Below are positions 51,716 to 64,000 of a stretch of 64,000 nucleotides of DNA, piece after piece. The notes below the pieces were generated by a model that was not told the DNA's origin, searched no databases, and worked only from the letters and a program-made list of their open reading frames with translations. Where the stretch lies: the NCBI GenBank assembly GCA_040954595.2, contig CM082585.2, positions 820,814 to 884,813 on the forward strand, in the 5' to 3' direction. A program made the translations under genes and the position numbers. Position 1 is the stretch's first letter. Each line of letters opens with the position of its first letter. The stretch comes from Balanoglossus misakiensis (lineage: Eukaryota; Animalia; Hemichordata).

Positions 51716-52426
51716 CTGAAAATAAACCAATTTATAACACATCAAACATGTTCCAAACTAATTTCGAAATTCCAGTCCGTGAATAATACATTTCCTCTTT
51801 GAAAACATTTAATATTGGTGAATAAGAGGTTCATATATGTATAACATTAGATTTTTGTTTGTAAAATCTATATTTTGTGTTACACCTTTCCAATAAGTGT
51901 GTGATTAGTGTAGATTTCGGCAGAATTTCTGGGAAAAAAGAATCTGTGAAAAATTCACCTGAATTTTGGGGAGAAAAAAAATTGCTGAACGTTTCCTTTG
52001 AATAAAAAAGTTCAGCTTATTTCTTTTAGAGAAAACATGACAATTTCCAGGAAATGGCTGTTGTTGTTTTTTTTTTTGGTGTGAATAAACTTAAAAGACA
52101 AATTCTGATACAGTTGCATCAAGGTGATGGAAGAAAATCCCAGATTAACAGGATATTTGGAGAATTTATCCAGAATTTCAAAATTAGTTCGAAATGTGAC
52201 ATTGTGTTATCAATGATCTGTGTTGAGCAGTCGAACGATGAACGGGTAGTTGACAATTCCCACGAGCACACCCGTATCTTTCCTCGGTAGTTGCGCCGGG
52301 CCGGTCGGCAATGTAACAGAAAAAGTGGTACGATATGCCAGCTGAGCCGTCGCTAGTCTACAATTCCGAGTCTACAAGGCCGTCTCTAACTAAAAATTAT
52401 AATAACTATCGAGGTACGTGACAATT

Positions 52427-52793
52427 ATATCAGCGAATGTGGGGCTGGGGGTTGCTGCAGTTTGCAGCCCCTCCATCTCCCCTGGACGATTTTTGTTTTT
52501 GCGGGGCTGCAGGTCCCAGCTATTCTAAACCGCACAACGAGCGACCGGGATTTGGGCCCGGAGCGAATTTCTACACTCAAGACGTCTCCAGTCCACAATT
52601 TTCCACAATTTTTTCGCCAAATCGGTCCCGGAACCCATACAGCGCTTACCTGGCAAAGGATGTCGCGGTATTTGTCGATTTTGCCTACGTTTTCCCCAGT
52701 TATTCAACTTCAATCGGCAAAACCAAAACTCGTTCAGGGGAGATGGAGGGGCTGCAAACTGCAGCAAGGGCTGGGGGCTGCAGGCAGAATATA
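52427..52793. mobile_element. GC-rich MITE with ~50-80-bp inverted arms
   Basis: ttgctgcagtttgcagccccctccatctcccctg versus caggggagatggagggggctgcaaactgcagcaa; TATA at both flanks. Confidence 0.75.
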
Positions 52794-55700
52794 TGACCAA
52801 AGGATACGCGTGAAAAAAAGACAATTACCTACTTTGCTACCGTGGGTCTTTGACTAATTAAAACATGATAACGTGCATCAAAGCCAGCCGAGGCTTCAGG
52901 GGCATAGTATTCCTGAGTTTATACGCGAAGAAACCAAGAAATATTCATGAGTATGTAGACGGAACTTGTCTTTTAGCTCAAATTTGACCTGGCTTGAGGT
53001 CACTGTGACAGCGCAGCCAGCGGTAGAATTGGGGTAGGCATGAAGAACATATCTACTACAAAAACTGGTGAGGGCGGGGGGGGGGAGATGGGGGGGGGGG
53101 GGGGGGTGGGGGCTTTTCAGTTTAGTCACGGTCCTTGGTTTTGGCCTTCGGCTTCACTAGAAAAGCCAAAAAACCACAATGCCGAAGGCCAACTCGTCGA
53201 AGCACCTGGTACGTCTATGGCAGAAGTCAGTATTTACATGTTCTGACTCGGTACACGCCATGCACTTGCCAAGAGATTCCACGAGGAATACCATGATGAT
53301 GAACGGCTCGGGCGTCTTCGTGTGCACGAAGACACGATACTAGACTTCATTGACCCTGTCTCATTCTTTTCTTTTCATGCGCATAAGGACATGAAAAGTC
53401 GACCTAACCTTTTGTTTTATCACTTACTGTGGTTTTATAGGGATGCTGTGAGTGAAAAAGTGGCACATTCGGGTTGTTGCCTTATACTTAATTTCTCCAT
53501 TTCTATTGGAGCAGGCTACACCGGGCCCAGGGTCGAACTTAAACCAATTTGCAGCCGTGATGGTCGAACAATGTCCGACAAACTTTAGGCACGTCAAGCT
53601 TATGCCTTCCTGGGTCGCCCGACAAGAATGAACTTCTATTTTAACGATAGGGCCTATTCCAATCGATACCCGCCGTATCAGTCACGCAATAATGAACACG
53701 AAATCCAGATCCCCCAAAATGATGTTTCACTAGACTCGGGGAGAGTGCTGTTTAGTACCAACAGGCAATTAAAGGTATACGGTCACCTATGGAAAATTAG
53801 CTATAGTTACCATGGCAAATTGAGATGTAGCCAATCACAGATTTTTAGTGGGTGGCACACGCGAAAAAAGAGCGCCGCCATATGTTCTCATCTCAGCCAT
53901 ATATGGTCCTATGTAACCACCTCATGTCATTTACAGAATTGGAACACCCTAAAGAATGTCATGCAGACAATGTCACGTGTTGTTCCATGACCAACCAAAC
54001 AACAAACTCATGTCCAAATCAATTAAATTCCAAAGAATGCTCCAAATATGCAGAATTGCCACGCAAGTCGAGCATACTTAAGCACTCTGCACAACTGAAA
54101 CATAAAATCCAAGCTTTTAACAATACAACAATAAACAATCCATTCTGATCGAATTAATGACCAAATAAAACGAAAAACACAACTCGACCCACAAAAAGTA
54201 TACGAAGCGCTTTTAATCGCTCATTAATGTTTGATCTCGAGGAGACGTGTTAAAAAATCCGCTATGAAAAGCAGGGGAGAACAATAGCCTATTTTTACCA
54301 GGTAAACAAACACCAGGTAAAAATCCACCCATGCTTCCAGACCGCTCTAGGATAGTGATCCACCCAATGAAACTGTATCTCTTTAACTTTAATTTGCAAA
54401 CTCGTGGAATTGATCATTTTATAAATCGCTCCATTTTGACGTTTTCTCTGTGGTTTGTTAATACGAATTTTGTCTGTGCCAAATCTGTCCTCTAATACTG
54501 TCACTTGTATTAGAGTTCAAATAACACAGAAGTATAATACAACGTTTTGAAAAAGACAGACATTTTTCGTGGGAACGGTGATATACTTAGGCCACACTCG
54601 AGCTAAAAACAAAAGTCTATATTTTATCAAAAATGCCTTGGACGCACAAACATCTACAGGATGTGGAAGGGGCGGGTCAAAACCGCGATCTACAACTGTG
54701 CCTCCCCCCCCCCCCCCCGGCTGTCTTGCTTCTATTTGGAGTGTCAATGTGTGATTTAGCGTTGTTTGCGGCAGATACTAAGCTTTGTTCTTGTTTCACT
54801 CCATTTGCTGCATTGTGCTGTGCTCTGGTATTTCTCCAGGGTCTACGGTTACACTATAGGCTGATTAGTCGTATCTTTACTACACAGACAAAAAACTTCG
54901 AAGCTTTATGTCTGTGCCTTTTATGAACAAGCATCGTCCGATTCGAATTCGACTCGTCATCGGTAGCTATGTTTATTTCGCCCTTGGAGACCTCCCCTGG
55001 CCTTGTTAGGATGACTGTTACCAGGACTACCTTAAACCAATCTTTTCGAACCGGACGGTACACACGACATGTCTATGTTAATTGTCCAGGTACCAGAGTG
55101 TACGTGTGGGCTCCCTAAACCCCTCATTGGCGGCCGGTCCCTGTCCGAATAAACACGTTTGACAGACAAAAAATGATGAACAAGTGGCTTACTTCAATAC
55201 TTCGTTAACTAGACGGCTGAACTCTGAATGTTGATTCAGCAAAAAAATGTGTTTACGGCAAGGTTTTGATCAATACGACACATTTACCATTGAAAACGCC
55301 CAAAGTAAGTGGGGGCGTTTGACCATCAATCAAACCCACGCCCAGGTGCATGTGAACGGCCGAAGCAGTGTAACGTTTCACATTCCGTGCAACGTCCGAC
55401 ACTGTGTGAAAGCGGTTGCTGTCGGGTGGCTTGACCTAATTTTCGTACATTGATATGCATTTGACACCTCACTACCTGTTTTCTTAATATTGCTAAAACT
55501 TTGCGTTGAAATATCACTGAAATGTTGATGATCCACGCACAAGTCGTCTACCCCGGCATGAAAAGCTTTTATACAAGAAAACTAATTGCACATGACCACC
55601 AAGGTCATACCGCAAGGTGTGTCTAAATGTCAAGGAAGGACATTGGGAGGGGGGACTTGGGTCGAGAACGACCATGACGGAGGAAAAACCGACAAGTCAT

Positions 55701-56439
55701 TGTGTAACCTGTTTACTTGCCAATAGTCAAACGTCAAAATTTACTCTCAACTTGGTTGCAGATCGAGTCTCCCGAATTTCCAACTTTTATGATTGGGTAA
55801 ATACCGATATGCGACTGGTATGCGACGCGTTGACGACGCGAAGATTTTGTTGAAATCAAATGGTTTGTCAAATGTCATCTCACAGTGGAGATGCCGTGGT
55901 CATCTGACATGAAAGGGTTCGATTGGGTCTGACCGCCGTCGTTCATCCATGCTTAGAAAGCGGCGATCATGGTACAATGTAAAACCAAGGTCAAACCTTA
56001 CTGAACACATGTATTGCATGGAGAAACTTTTCTCCCTGTCTGTGTACTGAACACGTACTGTGATTGCCATAGTTACAAACGTTACCACGTGAGAGAGAGT
56101 GCATTTTACATCTGTCTTTTCAATTTTGTTGCTTTCTTACTATTCGGAATGATGGAGTCGAAACGAAAACTTTTTGCTTCAGGTGGACCTAGGGGAAATA
56201 CCTTATTTGTGACTTTTTTCATGACCCTAAAAAGACGTCGGAATTAATGTGGCTGAGGTCACTCAGGACAACGGAATGGTTGAGCGATTTTATTTTATGA
56301 GCTCCCACTAGTATTTGTTTCATTGTTTCGGCAGTGTGTCGCGTTATTCGAGCAATCTGCAGTCTGAAAACGAACGGTTTTCAAAGTTTATAACAGAAGA
56401 ACAGGGGTTTAAGCATGAAAGGTCCTGTTGTCTCCCTCG

Positions 56440-56670
56440 CTGTGTTTGTGTCACTGTGTCTTTGACGTCTGACTGACTGATTAACTGGCTGACTGACTTA
56501 CTGACTGTCTGTCAACGTCGGTCTGTCTGACTGTCTGCCCCCTCTCTCTGAGAGAGAGAGTGAGCGAGCGAGCGAGCGAGCGACCGATGAGTGTCTCTAC
56601 TGATGAATGTTGCTCTGTCTGTCTGCTTGTGTCTGTCTGCCACTCTGCCTGTTTCACTCTGTCTCTCCTA
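56440..56670. repeat. Compound microsatellite (TGAC)n/(AG)n/(AGCG)n/(TGTC)n
   Basis: Directly visible simple repeats. Confidence 0.85.
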
Positions 56671-57298
56671 ATTTCTTTAAATTTAGGGATATGCTATTAA
56701 TGCGATATGAAAGTCAGACACGACGGAAACCTTTTATTCTCAAAACTGTCTATTGTTTGCTGTTAAATATTGCAAAAGGTTAAGGGCCCTTTTCGCACGA
56801 GACACATGGCTTTGCAGCCGTAGCTCCCAATGTCATAACGATTACCCGAACTACCCTAATTTTAGCCCGCCGACCCAAAACAGTTTAGATCTTCGTAAAC
56901 CGGAAGTAAAAATAACGATGTCAAATATACAACAATTCATGAAAATTGCGAGAATCACGCAAGAACTATGATGTCATTCTTCTACACTACGACGGCCAAA
57001 GATATAAAAAAATTGAAAAATAAAAAAATGTCCCTTTCTACCTACCCTATTTTTGAAAACCATGTAATCGGAATAGCACATATTAGTTTTTTTGGCCTGA
57101 GACATATCCAATTTCCCAACTGAACATGACACGTGATCAAGCATTTTCGACTTATCAGATGCAATCGCTGAACACCTCACACTAAGCGAGGTTTTGTCTG
57201 TCTTTATACGCGCCCTTTGTATTTGTGCGTGACATGTCCAAGCCTTGTTAGGATCTCCCATAAAATTCTACTCAAATGATGTATACTTTCATACTTAC

Positions 57299-57380
57299 GA
57301 CTGACAGGTATTTTCAGCGTTGCCAGCTGATTGTTTGTCAGGTACCGCTTTATAACAAGACGCCCCTCTGAGTTGATAAC
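57299..57380 (-). pseudogene. uif-like exon, C-type lectin part 2
   Basis: cag|GYQLRGASCYKAVPDKQSAGNAENTCQ(S)|gtaagt; 82 nt, phase 1 to 2. Confidence 0.85.
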
Positions 57381-57447
57381 CTGCAATGTAACATCATTCA
57401 ATTGGTCTAGTCATGTTAGCATTAGTAAAATGCTTCAAAAGTGTTAA

Positions 57448-57738
57448 AGGGACATGATACAAGACACCGTTTATGTTAGTGAATGAACGTTCAACCACAC
57501 ACAACTTCCATCCCGCTTGTATGATACGAGAGTAAAAACCCGCCCGAAATGAATAAATGGTAGAGACCGTTTATTCATTTTGGCGACTTTTTAAAACTCT
57601 CGTGTCTATACAAGCGGAGTGGAAGGTGTGTATGGTTGAACGTTGATTCACTATATCCACATGTAGAATAATATAAACGCAGTCTTGTATCAAACATAAT
57701 TAATGGAAAAAGGGCAGCGAGAGAGAGACTTTGTCCCT
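57448..57738. mobile_element. Family-A TTAA MITE; another partial copy at ~58535-58829
   Basis: ttaa|agggaca...gagagactttgtccct|ttaa. Confidence 0.85.
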
Positions 57739-58082
57739 TTAATGAATACAGCCACAATGTTCTGTTTATATCTACTGACGGACCAGGCATGGATTGTCAC
57801 GTATAATTCTTTGAAACGTTTGGTCCTCTGAAGAAATCTGAGCACTCATCTACTCAGTTTGCTTATTTTGTCTTCCTCCACCAGTCAGTGGTATCGTCCG
57901 ATTTGATACTCCACTCTAAGCCTCTTTCTGAATGGCTATTTAAGTTGTGATCTGTAAGTCTTAAACCTTTCATCACCCCCCCCCCCCCCCCGTTTCCTCT
58001 TTAGAGGTCCAACATTACCATAGAAAACAATTGGTTTTGACTGAACCATGTTGGTGAAAGGGCTAGGGTCAATTCAACTTAC

Positions 58083-58140
58083 CTTCTGGACATTCATATT
58101 TCACAAAGGGTGTTCCAAACAGTGCTCCAAGATCCAATTG
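58083..58140 (-). pseudogene. uif-like exon, start of the C-type lectin domain
   Basis: cag|QLDLGALFGTPFVKYECPE(G)|gtaagt; 58 nt, phase 0 to 1. Confidence 0.75.
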
Positions 58141-60169
58141 CTGTTACAAATAAACAATAAGTTAGCTGCCAGTACACTCAATGATGTACGCGCAGAACGT
58201 CAACTGGTAAACAGTGCGCCTGTGTCTCTTCCCATAGGAGTACATGGAGAATAGTTAGAAAACTCCCTTCTATTATTGTCATTTTCAGGAAATTTTACAC
58301 ATAGCTCCGACAAATCAAAATAAATTCACCACGGTCTATTTTGAGATAAACTTTGTTCAATATTGTATCCATAGGCAAACCATTGGTAGAAAATGCTGAC
58401 CGTCAGCAGTTTTCTTCAATTATCGACTAAATTCACGGCCTTGTTTAAAGTCGAAAACAAGTGCAGTGACCCAAAATGGTTTTTCATTATACATACAAAT
58501 CAGAAACGAAAATCCACGATTAAAAGAAATGACAATACAAAACACCGTTTATGTTAATGTAAATGTGGATATATAGTGATGCAACGTTCAACCGCACACA
58601 CCTTCCATCCCGCATGTAGACACGAGAGCGAAAACTCGCCAAACTGAAAAATCGGTCTCTACCATTTATTCATTTTGGGCGAGTTTTTACTCTCATATCA
58701 TACAAGCAGGATGGAAGTTGTGTGTGGTTGAACGTTCATTCACTACATATACACATGCCCATTAATATAAACGGTGTCTTGTATCAAACATTATTAATAG
58801 AAAAGGGCGACGGGAGAGAGTTTGCCCCTTTAAGGCGACATGATGCATGAAGTGGCGAGAGATAAATGCGACTGACCACCGCATTAAACACTGTCAAGCA
58901 AGGCACTTCAAATGCCAATTGTTTAAGTGTGTACTAAGTAATAGTTTCATGTACCATGTCCTGGGGGGGGGGGAGGGGTCAAATCACAACAGTTGGACAT
59001 GTACGAATATGAAGAGACGATATCAGTTTTTTCATGTCTTCCTTTAGTAAACAATCTTTTTTGAACTTTGTATAGAATTCATTGAACTTTACTTTAGCTT
59101 ATGAACTCTCATTTGCACATCGTCATCTTGAAATTGTGTCGACTTTATCATAAGGTTTTTATAACTCAACTAGGTCGCAAAACCTATTTAAGTTAGTGAG
59201 AATAGGACGTTCACCTTTTGGGTTGATGGCTACAGACATTAATCCTGACTCATACACATGTTGCAGCCAGTATACTCTGCAGACATTGGACACAATAGTT
59301 TTACTAACCATTGAATTTTATTGGACCATCAAGTTTATTGACCCATGACGTTCATATACATTGTATGACACGACTGACGCTATAATCGGTCCATACCTTC
59401 GGCGAGCCAAGTGTTTTATAACATCATAAGATATTAATACCTATCACCCAGTCAAACGATTTCAAGTTATACAATTTCCACGCCAATAGGACGCCTTTAG
59501 GTGGAAATGCAACCAGGTATCCTGAATAGGAAAATATTCCGGGTATCTGTCAAGTTTAGTCCCATATTTAGGGGACCAAGAGCCCTCAGGCGCTTGGTCC
59601 CCTTCTGTTATTGCTGGAGTTTGTCTTCTTTCTTCTTGAGTCGTTTTTTTGCGCCCGTTTTTCTCTGAAATTCCGGCAGGTGCGCCTTCCAAATTTGGCA
59701 CGGTGGTTGGGGCCCATAGTACTGGTGCACCAGCCCTTTGAATTTGTAATTAGTCACGTGACTTTGTTGCTATAATCGAGCGAAATTTTCAAATTGACCT
59801 AATTTGCACGTTAATGGGGGCATGTACATTCTTTTCGCGATTTTTGTAGACCATGTGGCCAAAATCCCCTGTGCCAAATTTCAAGGTCCTAGGCCACGTC
59901 GATTTTGAGAAGAAGATTTTTGTAATATTTTTTCGCTTTTTTTGGTGGGCTGAGGACGGACACTGGGGCATCGGACTTTGACCGTCATTACGTTATGTTG
60001 TGGAGATCTCATTAGCAGGCTACTCACTTCTGGCGGGTTGCAGTAGTCCTTGGAAAATCGGCTGAAATACGTAAACAGACCAGTGATTATTTTCCACGGA
60101 ATGAATTTTGGGACAACACATTATCGGAGTTCAGGCTGTGTTAGGGCGTTTTATTGAATTACGCTGAGT

Positions 60170-63100
60170 TTGGATTGACTACTGTGTTACCACTGAAATT
60201 TCTCATAGCAATGTTCTTTCAATTTCGAGTCTTTGCAATGTTGTTGACTCCGACCATATTCCTGTTTCAATAGAGGTTCATTTCAACACTTCTGCTGATG
60301 AAAGCTTCAGCAGTAGTTCCTTCAAGCAATGTAATTTTCGAGTTGATTGGAAAAAATTGTCACAGCAGAATATATCCGCCTACACCGGTTGTACCAAAGC
60401 CAAGATTGATAAGATTAATTTATCCGAAGAGTTATTCTGCACTAATGTGAACTGTACAGACCCTTCGCATTTACAGGCAATTGATACTTGTTATAGTAGT
60501 ATTGTGGACGCATTGAATTGTGCTGCAAAAGATACCATTAGACGTAAGTTTCACCAGAAAGTTCATGTTGTGCCTGGCTGGAACGATTTTGTAAAAGAAA
60601 GTCACGACTATGCCCGTTCCATGTTTTTATTATGGGTTAATGTGGGTTAACCTAAACAAGGCCCGCTTTTTGAAACCATGAAATCTTCCAGAGCTCGTTT
60701 TTAGTATGCTTTACGTGCTTGTAAAAAGATTGAGAATCAAAATAGGGCTGACAAGATGGCTGATAATTTACGCTGCCACAAACAGAACGACTTCTGGGAG
60801 GAAGTCAGAAAGCAAACTTGCAGAAAAACGCCGCTTTCTGACACTGTAGGTGGAGCGACTGGTGAGAGTGAAATTGCAATTATGTGGCACAAGCATTTCA
60901 GTGATATTTTGAATTCTGTCCAGGCTCAGACTGGTAAAAATGACATCGAGGAGAAAATGAAGTATGTTAAATTTTCTTCTGATATGTATGTTTCTGAAGA
61001 CGAAGTAATTTCTGCTATACATAAGTTACCTGATGGTAAGACAGCTGGCATTGACAATATTTTAGCTGAGCACCTCAAATTCTCAGACTCCTCTATTTTA
61101 CCCTTTTTGACTTGTTGTATTAATGCAATGATTGTTCATGGTTACCTGCCAACTGAGGCTATCAATGTTAATTTAGTTCCAATTATTAAGGATAAAACTA
61201 AGCTTTGTAGTGATGCCAGTAACTACCGGCCGATAGCACTAGCAACTGTTTTCTCTAAAGTTTTTGAGCATATTTTACTTTCTCGTTGTGAGGAGTTTCT
61301 TACCTCTCATTATTTACAATTTGGTTTCAAGCGAGAACATTCAACTGACCTGTGTTTATTTGCATTTAAAGAAATCATTAGCTACTACACCAGCAATGGA
61401 AGACCAGTGTTTACTTGTTTTCTGGATGCTTCAAAAGCTTTTGACAGAGTTAATCACTTTAAACTGGTTATAATTAACAAGCACATCGACAGGAATGTTC
61501 CCTTGTATGCTGTACGAATTTTATATTAATGGTACAGAAATCAATTGTTTACTGTGTTGTGGGGTAATGAAACCTCAGAGTTGTTTTCTGTTTCTAACGG
61601 TGTAAGACAAGGGGGGGGGGGGTACTCTCTCCCTATCTTTTTAATGTCTACATTGATGATATTATCAATGCACTCTGTAAAGCCAAAGTTAGCTGTACCA
61701 TGTGTGGTGTCAGCGCTAACACTTTAGGTTACGCTGACGACATGACTCTACTCAGTCCAAGTATTAAGGGTCTACGCCGTCTTCTTAGAATTTGTGAAAT
61801 TTATGGCAAGGATTATGATATCATTTATAATTCTAGTAAAACTGTGTGCATGCTTTTTAATGGGAAGAATATGAGCGTTCAAAGAATTCCTTCGGTTAAA
61901 CTTAATGACATCACTTTAAAGTTTGTACCTGTACACACCTATCTGGGCCATGTTATATCTTGTGATGGTTGTGATAATGAAGATATTGAACGACAGAGAA
62001 GAGCATTTTGTGTAAGAGCAAACATGCTATTGAGACATTTTCAACATTGTAGTCAAGATGTGAAGAAAGTTTTATTTTTGGCATATTGTAGTAATATTTA
62101 CTGTTGCAGTTTGTGGGCATCCTTTAAAGTTAAACCGATGAAAAAATTTAAAACTATGTACAATAATGTTTGCAGAAGATTTCTCGGTCTTCCGCCATTT
62201 TGCTGTGCATCGGGTATGTTTGCTACAAACCATGTACATGTATTGTCACTTGGTGAAGTTTTTAGACGCAATATGTACAGTTTTAAGATGGGTCCCTGGG
62301 ATCTTTTTGCTCGTTGCTGTGGGCCTTTATAGGACATTACACCCCGATTTGGACTAAGCCGTTTTCAGAGTCTAACAAGGGGCTGGTAACTAGTTGAAAA
62401 TCTGCACGATTATGTGCACACCCCCTGTCCGAGTATGTTTACGGCAGCTACCACCCGGCCATAGGCCGCCACGCTAATACGGCAAAGCAGCGGTCAGCGA
62501 TAGCGTGCGCGTCCTGTAACCACAGTAACTGGATCGAACGCTAAAAATCCAATGTTTTGTACACAGAGATTTTGTACCGTTCACGAAAATCCCTAAGGCT
62601 TTTTTCATAGGCCACGTACGCCAGTCAAATTTGACCTGCTTGTTGAGAACGCACTTCCGCACAGTGTGACGGATCGTTTTTTCGGTTTTCGTCGTGCTAA
62701 GAAACGATACCGGTGGAAGAGTGCGTCCAAAAACACCCAAAATCGATGACTTTTTCAGGTGTGGTACGGGTATGCTGAAATCTTAGGATACAACGATAAT
62801 ATTCGAAAACAAAATCCGTCACGATCTTCCCTGGTTCAAGCAACTAATGAATACGTATCAAGTTCGTTTTTGAGGTCACGGAATAAAAAGCCTTAGGCTT
62901 TTGAAATTTGACCTAGCTAATTTTCATATCAATGGCGTCAGGGGGCGCGCGCTCACAATCGTGCAGATTTTCAACTAGTTACCAGCCCCTTGTTAGACTC
63001 TGAAAACGGCTTAGTCCAAATCGGGGTGTAATGTCCTATAAAGGCCCATAGCAACGAGCAAAAAGATCCCAGGGACCCATCTTAAGCGTAGACTCGAAAA

Positions 63101-63308
63101 TTCTTCTAATGTTTTACTTGATGCGATCTGTTCATCAGATAGAGCGACTGACAGCATATTTTTCAAACATTGGCGAAAGCAATTGTATATCATGTAAGTT
63201 TTTTTTTGTGTGTGTCTCAGTGTCAGATTATTATTATTGTTTTTTTTTCTTCTCTCTTTTGGGTATATGGACTTTTTTTAAAGTCTGAAATAAAGAATTG
63301 TTATTATT
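60170..63308 (+). mobile_element. 5'-truncated, degenerate non-LTR retrotransposon (RTE-X-like): APE end plus reverse transcriptase
   Basis: APE tail DYCV...DSDHIPV, then PGWN, NYRPIAL, QFGFK, FLDASKAFDRVNH, NGVRQGG and YADD, with stops and frameshifts. The C-terminus resumes at 63086 (RRLENSSN...HWRKQLYIM*). The 3' end reads ctgaaataaa...ttattatt. Clade assignment is from motif recall. Confidence 0.9.
62287..63081. mobile_element. Young TTAA-flanked non-autonomous DNA transposon (Kolobok-like), family F
   Basis: ~140-bp near-perfect TIRs starting gatgggtccctgggatc, with TTAA at 62283-62286 and 63082-63085. It interrupts the LINE ORF. Confidence 0.95.
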
Positions 63309-64000
63309 TGTTAGCTGTTGCCATTCAAATGTGTCTACGCAAACCCGGCTACACTGGCAGTGGGCTTTGACTCTAAGTCGCTAATGTTGTGGGAGGTTTC
63401 ATTAGCATTGTAGTCACATGTAGTGGATAGTAGTTTGGGAAATTGCCTGAAATACGTCAGCAGACCAGTGATTTTCTTGCACGAAGGGAGTTTGGTACCA
63501 GCAATAATCAGAGATCAGGCTTCGTTGCCGTTCAAAAGTTCCTACTTCAGTCGTGATGTTGCAACTGGACGTTCAGTATGGGGGTCGGCCCGCAGGTGGC
63601 CGTGTGGGTTATCAGGTCGCCCGTAACGGCACGCAGCTACATGCAGCTGTATGGGACCAAAATAATACACCCGATTCGGGGGTCACCTGTGACACCTGCG
63701 TAACTCAATAATTATGTGCATGCGTAATTGTGGGGTCAATGAAAGGGGTGGTAGCGTGGTATTTGTTGCACATGGATCAATATGAAGTCCGATTTTCCCG
63801 TCAAGTTGTGGGCGACCTTATGTGACCTTTCACCTACTTTTGCTTAGTGAGCATCTACAGAAGATGCATGCAGCTTTGGCTTGGGGGGGGGGGGCATATA
63901 CGGATGGGACCATAATGATATACCAAAGGCGGGGTCACCTGTTGCACCTGCCTAAGTCATTGATTTTGTACATTTAATTGGACACTAACCAACAGGGCGA

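Larger units (their letters stand above)
38687..58140 (-). pseudogene. uif: uninflatable-like multidomain gene (CTL-3xCUB-4xCCP-2xEGF_CA), partial and probably pseudogenised, 16 exons
   Basis: Phase-compatible exons give the N-terminal domain order of the Uif family. The last exon has the long-loop EGF GYLLYANNGTGGFYLPPGETGLSMYDVYTFNQSCV, which I recognise as Uif-like. Several disabling lesions are present. Orthology was not tested. Confidence 0.8.
59568..64000 (+). mobile_element. HINE-like element with ~250-bp core repeats, split by the LINE insertion
   Basis: Head hairpin ggggaccaag...cttggtcccc at ~59570-59602. Paralogous core units at ~59960-60140 and ~63350-63530 share ctgaaatacgt...cagaccagtgatt. 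Confidence 0.5.

Noticed and set aside
53247-53360. Protein-like plus-strand stretch (HALAKRFHEEYHDDERLGRLRVHEDTILDFIDP)
   Set aside because: No clear splice sites, recognisable domain or partner exons.
55900-56088. Short minus ORF ending RRFLSMDERRRSDPIEPFHVR
   Set aside because: No recognisable homology or exon structure; it sits in CpG-rich intronic sequence.
59214-59295. Candidate signal-peptide first exon of the uif-like gene (minus strand, ag|gtgaac)
   Set aside because: No ATG-initiated hydrophobic open frame ending in phase 0. The true first exon was not identified.

Overview
AT-rich, repeat-dense eukaryotic DNA with GT-AG introns, probably from a marine invertebrate (inferred from the repeat repertoire and gene type). 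The main gene-like feature is a minus-strand, 16-exon uninflatable(uif)-like locus at ~38687-58140, encoding C-type lectin, 3 CUB, 4 sushi/CCP and 2 Ca-binding EGF modules. It looks pseudogenised: one TGA at a conserved Trp, one AG>CG acceptor, one lost donor, and one frameshifted, MITE-truncated exon; no LDLa exon was found and no exons follow the second EGF. Just beyond its 3' end is an ~8.5-kb two-monomer (90/74-75 bp) satellite with higher-order periods, which generates all the long ORFs in the track. The left half holds an intron-containing hAT/ZNF862-like transposase relic, an orphan PPPY exon, a local duplication (~9.1-13.0 kb vs ~15.6-20.8 kb) carrying a family of small plus-strand exons with shared splice flanks, Helentron-associated (HINE-like) repeats, an L2-like 3' fragment and a 50-bp minisatellite. 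The right end holds a degenerate RTE-X-like LINE interrupted by a TTAA-flanked MITE. No rRNA, tRNA or CRISPR was seen. All coordinates and translations were read by hand.
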